From Girardia tigrina (Eukaryota): 59,305 bases of DNA. Positions 26,224 to 40,480 of this stretch are shown here, piece after piece. The stretch's first letter is position 1. Every line of letters starts with the position of its first letter. Under the pieces are notes generated by a model that saw nothing but the letters and a program-made list of their open reading frames with translations, made no database searches and had not been told where the DNA came from. The position numbers and the translations under genes are program-made. The DNA lies in contig MQRK01243359.1 in the NCBI GenBank assembly GCA_001938485.1, forward strand, positions 1 through 59,305, read 5' to 3'.

Positions 26224-26830
26224 TCTTCTTCTTCTTTTTGACCTTAACCGTTGAGCCATGGGTGCACTCAATTATGCACAAGCCTTCGCCACATCTCTCT
26301 ATTTGTAGCATCTCTTTTTTAGACAATTCCATGTTCAATCCACTCCATTCTTTTAAATCATCTGTCCATTGTCTCTTTGGTCTTCCTCTTGGTCTTTCTC
26401 CTTCCACTATTCCTTCAATCAAAACATTTGTTGGTGCTTGTTTTCTTTTCTGATGTCCGTAAAAGTTCACTTTCTTCTATTGATTACGGTTTTAACCTAG
26501 TATTTCTGTCACTCTCATCCAGACAAAGTCGTTAGTCTTTTTTTTCTTTCCTCGTGATCTTCAGCATTCTCATGTAGTACTTCATTTTAAACGCTTGAAG
26601 TCTATCCATGATCTTCTGATTTATTGTCCAACTATCACAATTCTTTATTCTATCTTTATTCTGTTCTTGAGATGATTTTTTTGAGGTTAAAAACTGTGCT
26701 AAACTTAATCATTGCGCTTGTTGCAATACCAATCCGGCTTCTGATTTCATCTTCACTTCCCCCGTTCTCTGTGATAGTATATGAAACTCTTAACTTGGTC
26801 CAGCTTCTCTCCTTCAAATATGAACACTTA
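26224..26830 (-). mobile_element. RTE-clade LINE 3' fragment
   Basis: ITENGGSEDEIRSRIGIA and LIEGIVEGERPRGRPKRQWTDDLKEW motifs, with a (GAA)n tail. Confidence 0.9.
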
Positions 26831-27855
26831 AAACACAATTATATTTAAAAAATCGAAAAAAATACAAGCATAATAATTTAAGAAAGGTACTTCAGTCTTC
26901 ATATGACGTTCTAAGACTTCCTGCATCTTCCTGTTTATACGAATAATACGAACGTGTTTTTCTCAAACATTAATGTGTCTTTTTTTCTTAATCATTGTCC
27001 ATAACTTATGGAAACATAGACATTGGTATTGTCTTCAACAGAGCTGCTGCCTGTTTTTATATCAAGTCGCTTTCGAAAAAAAGAGACGAGTTTGTTGGTC
27101 GAAGGTTTGTATAGTACAGGAAGAGTGTCTATCAAAAATCTCTGTATATATTCCCATGTAGACTGATTGAAAAATTTATTTTTCGTTTCATAACATTGAA
27201 GCACAATTGAAATCAACAATAAATAATTTCTTCAAACATTTTTTTGAAAAATATATTTTGTTGATTTATGAAGATGTTTCTTTTATTGTGACGAACATCT
27301 GTATATAGCTAACATTAATTTTAGAATTGTAAGACTTAAATATTACCGCTCTACACTTTGTCAGTAATTTCTAAAATTTGATTACAGAACTTTGAAGGTT
27401 TTGATTTCAAATTTACGTATACATTACTTTCAATGTTGAAAAAGGTTACTATTGTTAGGGTTTCAAAAAAATACAATGAAACATTTTTTAATAAAATTTT
27501 ATGTAAGAAAAATTTAAAATAATTCTTTAAGTAAAATTATTAATTTCAGATAAAATAATATTTAGTTTAACAAAATTAGAATTAAAAATTATAAATATTT
27601 TAGTGTTTGTTTTAATTGATGAATTTTCAAGGCTGATGAAAACTAATATATCAACAATAACAAATTTAATTTAGTTTGCCCAACAAATATGCACAAAAGT
27701 TAAAAAGAAAAGAAAGTAAAATTACTATTAATTCATATTTTGTATTTTTTTCTAATTTTTCTTTATATAAAACCTTGAGTATCCCGTATTGGAGAAGACA
27801 GTTTTATTTTTCAATCAAAGTATCGTTTGTTTTGGAGATTCAGTTTTTACTGTAA

Positions 27856-30279
27856 CACTACCAGACATTTTTTCACTTTTCACTTTATACAAGAGGTTTG
27901 AAACGAAAATAATGTTCTTTGGATGGCCCTGAAGACCAAATGCATAGCCAAACTTGTCAGGGTCAAACCATTTTTTTGTAAACTAGATGTATCGGTTTTC
28001 CCATTTTTGTAATAAAACTAAGCGATGTTGTTAAGGTATATGAGTGTATAATTGACAAAAGACAAACTAAACAGGATTGTAAATCAGCCAGCAGAAGTCA
28101 GCCATCATTCTCTCATCGGCGCGCCCCTGGTAGCGATGCTCAATAGTTGAAATCGTTTGATGGAAACGTTCTCTATGCTCGTCTGTAATGTTTCTCTCAA
28201 AATGCTTGGGAAAAAAGTCCACATGGCTATGCAAAAAGTGAATCTTTGGGGACATGTGCACATTCATTTCTTTGAAGGCTGATAACAGTTCTGAGATGAT
28301 GTCTTTATAGTNNNNNNNNNNNNNNTTGCCTGAATAAATGAGTGCAAAGAAGAAATTCTTTGATAGAATACAAGTATTATGTACTTAATTCCTAAAACTT
28401 TCAGATACTTACCCAGAAAGTTCTCCACACAGTCTTTCAAAGCCTTCCATGCTCTGAGCTCAATCGGAGACAAGGAATCAGTAAACTGTTGGCTTTTCAA
28501 AAGTTTTTGAGTGTCTGGTCCAACGAATACTCCTTCCTTAACTTTTGCAAGTGACAGTTTTGGAAAGGTCTCCTTTATGATTTTCATCGGTTCGCCGTCA
28601 GAGTGTAATGTCTTAAAATAGTTCTTAAACAGGCCAAGCGTTATGTGCAATGGAGGTATAATAACATTGTCAGACTGAAAAAGGGGCTCATAGCGAATAT
28701 TGTGAACACCAAGGGTCGCATTGCCTCGTGCTGGCCACTCATTCCTGATGTAATGTTTAGCGCGGCTATCTCACAAACATATGAAGCATGAGTATTTCAC
28801 GTAACCTCCTTGCATACCTGTCAGCAGACCTACAACTTTAAGATCGGAGCAAACTCTCCACTGAAATGTGTCATAACGAACAAGCTGCAAAATACATTTC
28901 ATAGTTTCATAAGACTCTTTTGCTGTAATTAAGTAAGCAATCGGGATGGCTGAATATGCGTTCTCAATATGCAAAAGGACCGTCTTTACACTTTTTGTGC
29001 TGCCATGGATGAACAGCCACCAGTCATTCTCCACTTGTGTATAGATACCAATCTTCATCAACAAACCAGGAATATCATAACAAAATACAAAGTTATTGTC
29101 TTCACTTGTCTTAAAAAATGGCACGTAAGCTGCGTCTCTTGTCTTGTAAACAGACGTTCTAGTTTCCTTAGCAAGGACACCGAATTCTCTTAGCATTGAA
29201 CCAGCCAAACACGCATCCTGTTTGGACAGGCTAAGTCTCCTAACAAACAAGTCCAGCTGTCTCTGGCTGATAGACTTCGGCTCGTCGTCAGGCAGCCAAT
29301 CATCATAATCTTCATCGCTCTTCTTCATGTTCGGCACATCATCATCATCACTCAAAACAACATCAAGAAGATCAGAAGAAAACACAGGAGGCTCTTCTCC
29401 CTCATCATATGCTCTCGGTCTTATCGCTGATGGTAAGTCAGGGTAAATTATGCTGTTAGCTGTCCTTCTGGTAAATTGCGCCGTGGGTGTCAAACAAAAA
29501 TATCAATCAGTAACATGATCTTTTTGGTCGCGCCACGACATAGGTGTGGAAAAAGGCATTCTCTTCAATTTACCCTTAGACCACAGGGACAGGTCAGACA
29601 GACACTTAACACAGATCTTATGGGGGGCGAAAACCTTGTCCTCATCCCCTAATTTCATCTTGAAATCAGCATAATACAGGGTCTTAACTCGAGGTGTAAT
29701 GGAACGCTCATCTCCTTTAAACATAAACCTCCCGCAAATGTAACAGAACTTGTTAGGATCGTTATAGCACTTCCGTCTCTGAGACATTCTAAATAATCTG
29801 AAATAGTAAAAATAGTTATGAAATTGTAAGAATTATAATTATAACTTTTATAACTATTATAATATATCAAAACTGAAACTTAACATTTGCTCACATGAAT
29901 TAAACGGTGGATGAAGACATACATAAAATCGCCAAAAATTCGTTCATTACAACAGTTAGAATTATCACCATTTTCACAAATTTGTACTTCAGCTCAAGTA
30001 ATTAATGTTAATAATACGTACTAATTACTTTAATATGTTTAACAAGTCAAATAAATGTATTTGTCCTATACATTCATTAGAGTAAAAGCATCATAGAAAT
30101 TATAACCATCGACTTCTCTTAGTATAAAGTATATGAGAAATGGAAAAATAAAAATTTCCATTTTGCAAAAAAATGTTTCGACCTAGACTATCAAAACTAT
30201 ACTTTTTCTTTCACTATTCATTAAGTACTACATGTTTTCGTTACAGATTCTCTTGTATAAAAATTCATGTCTGGTAGTG
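27856..30279 (-). mobile_element. Complete Chapaev3 (CMC) DNA transposon with a disrupted, intron-containing transposase
   Basis: 13-bp TIR CACTACCAGACAT and TAA TSD. CYNDPNKFCYICG...APHKICVKC...WRDQKDHVTD, DLKVVGLLTGMQGGYVKYSCFICL, PPLHITLGL, DEHRERFHQ. GT-AG intron at 28412-28330. Confidence 0.93.
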
Positions 30280-31969
30280 TAATCTGTTAACTTGCACGAA
30301 TTATTGATTTGTGTTTGCGTTCTGTCATCAAAGAATTGAATTATTATTATTATGTTTGACGTGTTAATTTTTGTTATTTGAAAATAAAGTTTCATAAAAG
30401 AATTTGTGTTCATTATTTATATATTTATGTTGGAAGTCCTTTCTGATTAATTGGAGTCAGATTAACGATTAAAAATTTGTTTTAAAAAGAAATATTTAAA
30501 TTTAAGATTTTAATACCCAACACTATTATCGTAAGTTCGAAAATAATAAAAAAAATGAAAAATATTACGACTACATTAGGATCACATAATTTTCAATTAC
30601 ATATACATTTTTATTTATGTCATTTTAATTACTATTTTTTGTCTGATATTAACGGATGATCCTTCAAAATTAATTACGTCTTTGACAATAAATCTTAAGA
30701 ATAATATAATGATAAATTTAAAATTAAAACATAAGTTTAAACAGGAAAATAATAATATTAACTACTTACGCATTACTAAATTTTATTATCTGTTTTCATT
30801 ATTCCCTAAATATTATTAAAAATGTATAACATTTTCTTCCTTAGTATGGAAAAGTTGAAAAAGTTTTAAAAATTTATTGAGGAAAATATGTTATTTCTAA
30901 AAAAAATTATTGAAGTAGAAAAATATGTTTAAATATGCGTAATTATTATTGTAATAAATTAAAAAAATAATTTTAAATTTTTATTTAAAATTATAAAATA
31001 CTTAATTTATAACATTATATACATAATTCTTTTAATCAAAAAAAATATTTGAAAAAAATAATTAGGTTTCATATGAGATTATAAATTATTAATATTATTA
31101 TTTTTGCTTTGATTATATTTTGAAAAAGAATAATAATAAAATTATTTACACATTTTAAAAGAAAACCATTAACTGAAAAAAATAAATAAATCATTTTTAT
31201 TAAAATTATAATACAAGTCAATTAAGATTAATATGGAATTAAATATTCGATAATAAAAAATAAAATTCATTTTTATCTATTTCGAATTTATTATTTTTTA
31301 CATATTTCCCAAACAATTCATTTTTAATATATTGGTTTTTTTTATTAAAACTATAATTGAATAATGAATATATACATATATTATTTTAAATTATTATCAA
31401 TATTTTTTTTATATTTACATCATTTAAATAAATAAATTTCTTTGACTTTTTCAGTACGTAAAAGTTTTTTCTGAATTTAAAACCATTGCTCGAAATGTTC
31501 TTTTGGGAAACTTTTTTTTCAATTAGATTATTCATTTTCTGCCAGGGGACATTAATTTAATGATAGAAAAATTATTTTATTTTAAATAATTTACGACACA
31601 TTAAAAACACAAACTATTTCCGAAATGGTAAAAGTAAAACCAAATTGTTCATTTTATTTATTTATTATTTTAAAGAAAATCTGATGATTTTAATAAAAAA
31701 AGTTTTAGATCTGAGATTCGTTGAGGAAATAGTAATTTGTCTGGAAAGCTTATGTTACTTTAGGATCAGGAGTCGCTTATTTGCTGCTGTAACATTATAT
31801 TTGTAAATACTAAATTGGAAATATAAAATTTCGATGAAAAAATATTTTAGAATATAAATTATACTAAATGTACAACAACTAATTTATTAAATATATTATT
31901 TCTACACCATTTCGTAATATATGTACAGTAACTTTTTGAGTTAATGATTTTTTTAAGAAGGAATGTTTG

Positions 31970-32330
31970 GAGTGTCATTGAAATTCTTCAATCAAACTAT
32001 GCTTCTAGAATCCAACCCCTAGACCAATGAATCATCAAAACATTCACAAAAGCTTTTACAAGAAATTTGACTATTGAAACAGAAGATCACGCCATTACAT
32101 ATGAGGAAGCGATTAAAATAACTCGTTTGGTTGATGTTCTTCCACTTATAATAGATGCTTGAGACTAAATTAGTAAAGAGAATATAACCAACTGTTTTAG
32201 GCAAGGATTCGATAATTGGAGAAGATATAACACAATTCAAGTAAACGATGTTGATAAAGAGGCTCTTGCTGATAGAAAAGACACGTCTGAAATATTTCTG
32301 ACACGATTTCAATATTAATTTGGTATGAAA
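31970..32330 (+). mobile_element. pogo/Tigger (DDE_1) transposase remnant
   Basis: SRIQPLDQ*IIKTF and DA*D*ISKENITNCFRQGF. Confidence 0.75.
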
Positions 32331-35283
32331 GCATATTTAGTTTACCATTATAAATGTCACAAGATTAAATTGTGTTGTAGATTGTCCGAAAATTTGCCAG
32401 TAGATTAACTCCTGGTCAGGTTTATCGAATCAGTTGAAAAGCGTTAGAACGGTGACAAAAATTCATGTTATAGTAATAAACAGATTTTAAAGATGAATTT
32501 ACAGTGTTTCGTGCATAAAAATGAGAATACACTTCCTAGCTGGATGAATCCCGGAAATTTATAACTGCGGAGATAATGAAATTTCAACGAGAACATTGAA
32601 GCATTCTCAAAATATTCCAAAACATCTATCTCTAAGATGCTTTCAGAAGCGAAGGCAAATTTTGTTTGCTTCTCCGATTTTGAATAAATATATTAAAAAA
32701 ACCAAATAAGTAAAAATAATGATTTTAATTTTACAACTGTTTTACAATATATATATATATATATATCTGGCTATAAAATAATTTGAAAAAAAAGAATCTT
32801 TTAATATTAAATAAAAGAAAATGATTTTTTTCGTATTTTCTAAAATCAGATAGAAATAATTTTGAATTTGAAAGATATAGATGAAAAACATGTCATAAAT
32901 ATAAGATACCAAAAGAACTGTTTTAAATAATATTTTTGAAATATAAAAATTAAATTTTATAAAAAACTTGTCCTCAAAATTTAAATAATTATTATTTTAA
33001 TCCAATTTTAAGAAATGTATATATGATTGAACTTCTGAAATTAAAAGTATTTTCAAATTAAATATTTAATATTTTTACGAAATAAAAAATAATTTGATAA
33101 TATTTTATGTAAATGATAAAACACTAAGAAAATAAAAAATATGAAAAAAAATAAAATTATTTTAAAAATAGTACTGAAATAAATTAGTTTTGCCAAAAAT
33201 ATTGTACAACAGATTTGTTGATAAAATCAAAATCTTATTTTGTGTATGATTAAAAATATATTATTTTTAACATAGAAACGTATAAAATATAAATAAAAAT
33301 ACCTTTCTCAAAGAATTACTCAAAAAATAAGTATTATATATTTATGACACTTTGTCATTGCGACTTCAATGGGATATTATTTCTAAGCTTTCGCTGACTT
33401 TGATACAAATGAAAAAAAGGAATTATTAATCAGATATAGATAATATTATTATTTTATAATCAATCAAGTTTTGTTTACTGCTTAAAGGCGCGTCTCAGTT
33501 TGAAAAAAATTAAAAGCAAATTTCAAAAGAAATTTATAGATTAATAAAAAAATGAAAAACAGAAATACAAAAAATATTTTATATGTATATATAATTTAAT
33601 TTTAGATGATGTTTGTTTGAAAACTGAACAATATAAAAAGTAATATATGGTAAATTATTTCGAAAAAAGTTTACAAAAAACAAATATTATTAAAGGTCAT
33701 TCGAACGTCAATATAATTTTAGGATTAACAAATATTTTATTAAACTAGATTTTAAAAATTGTCGTGAATAAAATTATAAATAAAATTATTTTGCATTTAT
33801 TTTCATTTAAAAATAAAATTTTGGAATTAAAAAAAATTAAAATCATATTGTATTTAATTTTATTAAATGAAGCAACAAAATCAAATATTGTATTTGAATA
33901 TTTAAAATTAAACATTACGAAACTAAAATGAGAAACAATTAAAGTAAATTTTACGTTAATAAAAATTATAATAAATCAAATATTAAAGACCAAAATAAAC
34001 TTAACAAAAAAGTGTGACAAGTAAAAAAATTAATTTAAAACTATAGACATCAATTTGTAAAATAAAACTTTATATCGATATTTATATTTAGTATTTTTAT
34101 TTATAACTGGTTTGTGCAAAATAAAACATCGCTCCTGAAAATTTTTTTAAAAATAGTTAATTGTTAGAAATAAATTTTAGTGTTACGAACTCTCTTATTG
34201 ATCACGAACCTAACACCTGTATACATTCTTACGAAGACTCTATTGAATTATTCTATCTTTCTTTCACTAACAATAACGTAGAGAAGATTTATAAAAGTAA
34301 TCCTTAAAGATAAGAGAATATTCCTGCAGCTTTTTCAGGAATATGTAAAATAAAATCAACTATAAATATTGTCTTCAAAAGTGTTTCACGATGATTATAA
34401 ATGTGAAAATTATAGAAAAGGGTAAACGGTAAATGCTGTGCAAAAATAACTAGTTTGTCTATTGGGTCTTGTTAGAATTCTTTAAGAAAAAGCAAAACCC
34501 TCTATCCGTACAAAGTGATTTGAGTTCACAAATATTCCAATGATTTAAGTACCGCATAAGAGATGAGACCTTAGTGCCATGTTTTATTCTTAAGAACCGT
34601 CAATTAACCTATCAGACTTTATCAATTCAGAACATACTCTCTATCGTAAGTCCTCAGTAATCCATTGAAGGTATGGTACATCCCATAAAAACAAAAATTA
34701 GAGTTGCAAAACAGCCTCTACAATTAATTAATCTCCCTTTAAATGAACGTCATTATTGTTTGTTTTAACAAGATTCTGTCTCTTCCCAAACCAGTTGATG
34801 CAGTATTTTTTCAGAATTTGATGACTATATCCATTTTGCTTATAAGGTCTCTTGATTTCACGTCCATAAGTTATTCCATTTTCAGTTTTATTATAGAAAA
34901 AATTGAGAACAATTTAATCTCATTTATCAAACAGAAGAAATGGAGTTAGAAGACTAATTGTCAAAGATAGCTTAGTTTAATAAGATATTCTTGAATAACC
35001 TCTCGGATATTTTGCTGTATAATAGCGTTTAATCATTATGAGATAACTTCTTCAGGTGTTCTTAATAGTGTTTGAAAGAATGAAATGCCTAACCATTCTA
35101 AAAACTTCAAAGACAACATGTGGAAGAAAAAAATTATTTTTTAACTGTCAAAATATATTAAAATCTCCTAGTCCATCCTTTATTGTTATAGTGTATGTTT
35201 TGCATTTTATCTTCATAGAACTTTTAAAGAAGCTTTATCTGTACAGAACTTTGACCTGCTAAGAACTATATATTTTAAATCAG

Positions 35284-36515
35284 TAAGGACTGAGTGCAAA
35301 AAATATTACTAACTTTAAAATCCTCTATCTTCAAACCAACATTTTCGATTGAAAAAATACCGACTGTTTTGAAAAATGTGATTAAATCAAAATAATTTTA
35401 GTAAGCTAAGAAAGATTATTTTTTTAATAAATTCTGCGAATTTTTCCGCAATGCCTGCCATTAGACTTGCAATTGTAGTTTCTGTCACGTTTTTGGCTGC
35501 ATTATTCCACTTGTTCCTCTTGTTTGTCGTCTTTAATTGCCTTTTTATCAGGGACCCATATCTTTCGATTGGGCGAAGCTCTGGAAAATTTAGTGGGTTT
35601 GCCTCTCTGCACCAAATCGACGTTATTGTCCTCGTACGACTTCTTGGCTGCCTTACCATAGTTGCACGATGCCAAATCCAGCCAAAAGAAAGTAAGACCT
35701 CGGTGCTGACTTATAAATGGTAATAAACACTTTTGCAAGCACTCTTTCACAAACCAAATGAGATAAAGCATTTTTTTCCCAAATAGCCGACAAAATAAGA
35801 ATTTTTTCGGGAAATTTAGATTTTTTCTTGCTTCTAAATTTTTCTTCAACTTCTCCTCTCTTAGATGCTGAGTAAAATTCTTGTCTGGGTAACTGGGAAA
35901 ACTCACAGAGCACATAAGTCTCATCATTCATAATGCAACATTTTTTCTTCTCAAGAAAACTAAATTTAAATTTTCTGGCTCGCTGCTGCGCCTTTACGTT
36001 GTTGTTATCGTTCTGGTCTGGTACTGTTTGAACTTTATACGTTTTTTTTAACCCACAGACTGTTTAATTTTTCGAACTTTTTCCTCACTACAATTTACCG
36101 CCAGTTTTCGATTTGATACACGAGGATTTCTCTCTAAGAGAGCCTTTACTTTCTTCACATTCTGTGTACACGAAAAACTCTTTCTTCTTCCCGAACCAAT
36201 TTTTCTAAAAACGTTCAAGTTCTCATTGAAGTTTTTAATAACATTAGAAACTGTTTTCTGACAAACCTTTGTCTTTCTGGTAATTGTTTTCTAACTTGAT
36301 TGCGGATTTTCTTCAAATAAACGAATAATTAATTCGCGACTTCCTTTTTCTGTCGACATATTCATGAAAAATGAAATTTAAAAAATGAATACTAAAATGA
36401 ATTTTATTTTGATTTATTCAAGCAACAGCCTACTTGATTAGTTTTTTGTAATTTGTGAATTTATGTTAGAGTTATAGAGATTTAAAGTTAGTAATATTTT
36501 TCGCAACAGTCCTTA
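35284..36515 (-). mobile_element. ITmD37E element, copy 2 (inverted relative to copy 1)
   Basis: Same TIRs and TA flanks. MNDETYV, FWLDLASCNYG, FPELRPIERY. Confidence 0.92.
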
Positions 36516-36547
36516 AATACTTGATTACGTGAAGGATTTATTGTGCT

Positions 36548-36980
36548 TTAACCCTTAAATGCATGATTTTTTATTTTTTCATGAAATATTTTTTTTTTTT
36601 TTGAATTTTGACGTTTATATCAATATTGGCGGGAGTTTTGACATGTTTTGTTATAATCGTCATAGACAAAAATGTACAAAGATAATTTATTTACAAAGGA
36701 CAGCAATTATTTACACAAACTGGATGCATGGCACTTTCAAACGTTTGTTGTATCATTTTTGATACAAGATGCATTCATACAAGATGTTTCACTTATGTCA
36801 TCTAAGTAAATAAAAATGCAATAACAATACATTGAATGAGACTGATAGCGAAGATCTTATGTCGTTCTGTAAAGTCGTGTTCCACATTAAATTGTCTGAG
36901 GTGTCATAATTGGTCATTTAGACTCCACAGGAACAGACATTCATCAACTCGGTTTTGAGTCTGCATTTTTTTTAAATCTT
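36548..36980 (-). mobile_element. piggyBac 3' end remnant
   Basis: TTAA|CCCTTAAATGCATG terminus next to a decayed cysteine-rich coding stretch on the minus strand. Confidence 0.6.
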
Positions 36981-38213
36981 ACTTAAATCATTGAATCTTG
37001 AGCTATAAAGATTAATCAATAATTACATTTATCTTAATTTTTCGAAAAATAAGTATTTATCACTATCAATTACTCGTGTATATATATAATAAAAAGTCAA
37101 TTACAAATCAATGAACTATTTATTTTTGTTATATTTTATTTTTGTTTTTTCCTTTTATTTGTTTTAATTTGGAAGACAAATTTCCTGTCTAATGAAACAC
37201 TATAAAACTAAAATTCAAATAGGAAATTTAATAATATTTTATATATATATTTCAAAATTTGATAATAAAAAACAAATTTTTATCCACTAAAAATAGTAAA
37301 AATAAATAAAACAATAATTTATAAATTGACCCCCATTAATAAATAATTATATTGCATAATTGATGCATATTATTCTCTTTCTGTTCAAAATATTAATTTT
37401 AGTTTCGTTTCAGTTCTTTTTATTTTTATTTTTTTTGATTTAAAAACAAATAATTATTTAACAGAATTTATAGTATAATAATAATTATTATTATATTTTT
37501 TCTTCATTTACAGTTTGTTTTTGTAGAATAGTATTGAAGCAAATTGTTTTAAAAATAAATATTTTATAAATCATCAATAAAAAGTAAATTAAAAAATCTG
37601 TTGGAATTACTACACGTAATTTTATATTTATATTTTATATTTATAAAAGTTTCGTAAAATATGTTTTTGATAAAATGTTATCAAATAAAAAAAATGAATA
37701 AAAATATATATAAATAATAATTCTTTTTTTCTATTATTTTTAAAGCAGTAATACTATGTCTGAAAATTATTATACTTTTAATTAAAAAAATATTAAATGA
37801 AGCAAAATCTTTAAAATCTAATTGAAAGAAAACGAAATTTTATTATCTTCCTCAATTGCGTTGATTATTTGTCGAAATTTTATAAAGACCGACAGTTAAA
37901 ATGAAGCATAAAATAAAACAATTAAACTTAAAAATTTTAATAAATGTGATTATTTTTAATTGCTCTTAATTATTCACAATTTTATTCATTATAAAAATAA
38001 TACAATCAATGAATTATTTTGTTTTATTTATATAATTAAAATATTTTATTTTATTTTATTTTTATTTTTGATTCATTATATTTCTTTTTGAAAATTACAT
38101 TATTCAAATCTCAATATTAATAAATATCAATATGAAAATAAATAAAAATCATTTGATTTTTATTATTAAAAAAAGAAAAAATTTATAAAATTAATTTTTT
38201 AAATATTGTTATT

Positions 38214-38540
38214 ACGCGCGTGGTTGGGGGAGTGACCCCGTTTTATGCGAGGTGCTCGCAATGGCACCACTAGGACTGGGGAGCTCTAGATAAATTTGTC
38301 TGTCTGGACCGACTGACAATAACGGAGAATTCTAACACGATCATCTTTCACATCTGTATACTGAATCTCCTGTCGAAAGCGGCAGCACGGACGAATGCTA
38401 TCTTATAAAATCTTACTGAGTCGAGATAGCTCTCGAAAATACTGATAGTGGTAACCATTTTACCCTTTGGTCCGTAGGGTCCAGCGATCCTGTAGGATCG
38501 TGCAAAGGGAACAACCCTCTTTAACTTCCGGCTGCAGCAT
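38214..38540 (+). other. GC-rich structured island, possibly the 5' UTR of a non-LTR (RTE-like) element or a SINE
   Basis: Several hairpins: GGGG/CCCC, GGTGC/GCACC, CTGTCG/CGGCAG, CGATCCT/AGGATCG, AGGG/CCCT. No convincing ORF. Confidence 0.35.
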
Positions 38541-39760
38541 GTAAAAAATTATTCCCTGAAGAAAAGTCAATATTGATAAATAACTATATAAGATCAATGA
38601 TTGAAGGCTGGTATGCCATTCCTTTAAAATATTTGTTGTACATGAGATACCGTCACAAATATCGAAGTAAATACGGAGTAAATAAAGCAGGTTTGTAGCT
38701 TTCTTCACGACCAGGCATTTGTCTTCTCGTACATACGTTCGTTCAACATAATAAAGTAAGTCCTCCATTCCATTTTGTCATGGCATAATTCATAAAATGC
38801 TTCTAAAAACTCTTCAAGTGGAGCATGAACTAAAGCAAAAAGACATTTGGACATCATTTGATTCATAAAAAGAATGCAATTCAAGTTTTTTCACTTTCCA
38901 TATAACATACTGGCAGAGATGAAAATAAGAACCAGTGACACTAGTAATTGAGAAGCTTACACAAAAAGCAGCCACAGCAGCAATTTCGAAATTCATAAGA
39001 CTTTCCTCTGATTTAGCTTTGGAAAGCAGTTCATTAATTGTAATAAAATGACATCTATATGTATCACTATTCTTATTTGGAAGCGGACAAATAAGCGCAA
39101 CAGGATTTATTCCATTGCTGAATTGAAAATGAATGAAATATATTTACGAAAATTAAATGTGGGACATTTTTCCATAAGCAAGCCAAATTTTTGGACATTT
39201 AAACCATCAGTTAAATTTTGTTGTCTAAGCATTAAAATTCGATTATTGCCATCTGAATCAAGATCGCATGCAACAAGATTCTTTTATCTAAAAGGAATTT
39301 CAAAATTGATTCCCTTAGGTGGAGGAAGAACGTCCGACGTGAATTCGTTACATTTTTGGCGATGGTGACGTAAATAACGGAAATAAAATTTTCGCGAGAA
39401 GGACCATTTTGAGTTCATTTTCTAAATTTCCAAATATTACAGATTGTGCAGAATTACATGTGAATTCGTTTTTAGCAATTTTGACCTTCCATTTTCAATA
39501 GCAGCTCTGGCTTTTGATTTATTGGCGTTTCCTTCATGTGAGTAATTTGTAGTAATTAAAATTATCTAACACCAACAGTCTTGATTAAGACTGCATGTTT
39601 TATTTAGAGTACGATGATTCGCCCAGTGATAAAACATCCGGATACCGGGATGCCATGAATGAAAAGCATCTTAAAATGCATTTTTATAATAGGAAAAATA
39701 TATTCTGAGAGCTCTGAACATTGTCGAAAATCTATCCAACTCAAAAATACTAAAAAAGGA
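38541..39760 (-). mobile_element. MULE transposase pseudogene
   Basis: MNFEIAAVAAF...VTGSYFHLCQ, YYVERTYV, CTTNILKEWH (DFE, CxFHxxQ and RTNNxxEGWH motifs). Confidence 0.85.
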
Positions 39761-39922
39761 GACAGAAGACAATCTGCAATTGCTGCAGAATACCACATCA
39801 TCTCATTAAGAAGTATTATTTGAATGAAAAATGTAATGAAAGATTTATGGGAAATAAACCTAGATCACACTTTTTAAAACACTGCACTGTAGAGTAGTGT
39901 TAACGAATTTATATGCAACCGT

Positions 39923-40480
39923 GATCAGAGAGGTGATCAGGAAGCTAACAAGTTTAAGTGCCACAAATGCAACAAAAACTATAAGACAAGAGGATGACTA
40001 ATAAGACATCTGAATAAGGATGACAGGGTAGACATTACATAGAGGTAGAAAATCAAATTAAACTGACAACAAGTGGGACAAATGAAGGAAGCAATACAAC
40101 AGAAGCAAACACACCACAAGATATACCAACTATCAATCCCCGGTTTGCGAAAGAACCTCCGACTATCTCAATGGTGTAGCAAACGATTAATCCCAAAGAT
40201 ACGCACTTAACTTTTAGGATCACTGACTCAACAGCGAGAGAAGAGTTCAAGTGCCCCTGTTGTGACTGTGCTAAGTCCACTAACACAGACAAAGGGATGC
40301 TCAATCATGGTACCACAGTACATGATTAGTCGTTTGTAACAGGAAAGCCAAAGAGAATTCAGAGACTGAAGCAATCCGACCCCGTAGGAGGTCTGTCGGG
40401 GGCAGCTAGCACTCTTTAATTTAGGTGGACCCTATAAAGAGCCTAGTGGCTCAATACCATTCGAAAGAGATGGGATGCCC
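39923..40480 (+). mobile_element. Zinc-finger-encoding fragment (N-terminal region of an RLE-type non-LTR element?) bounded by a 12-bp direct repeat
   Basis: FKCHKCNKNYKTRG*LIRHL and FKCPCCDCAKSTNTDKGMLNHGTTVH. ATATGCAACCGT at 39911-39922 and 40481-40492. Confidence 0.6.

Noticed and set aside
34190-35260. Possible decayed LINE on the minus strand (KDGLGD, coding-like composition)
   Set aside because: Too degenerate; no diagnostic RT motif recovered.
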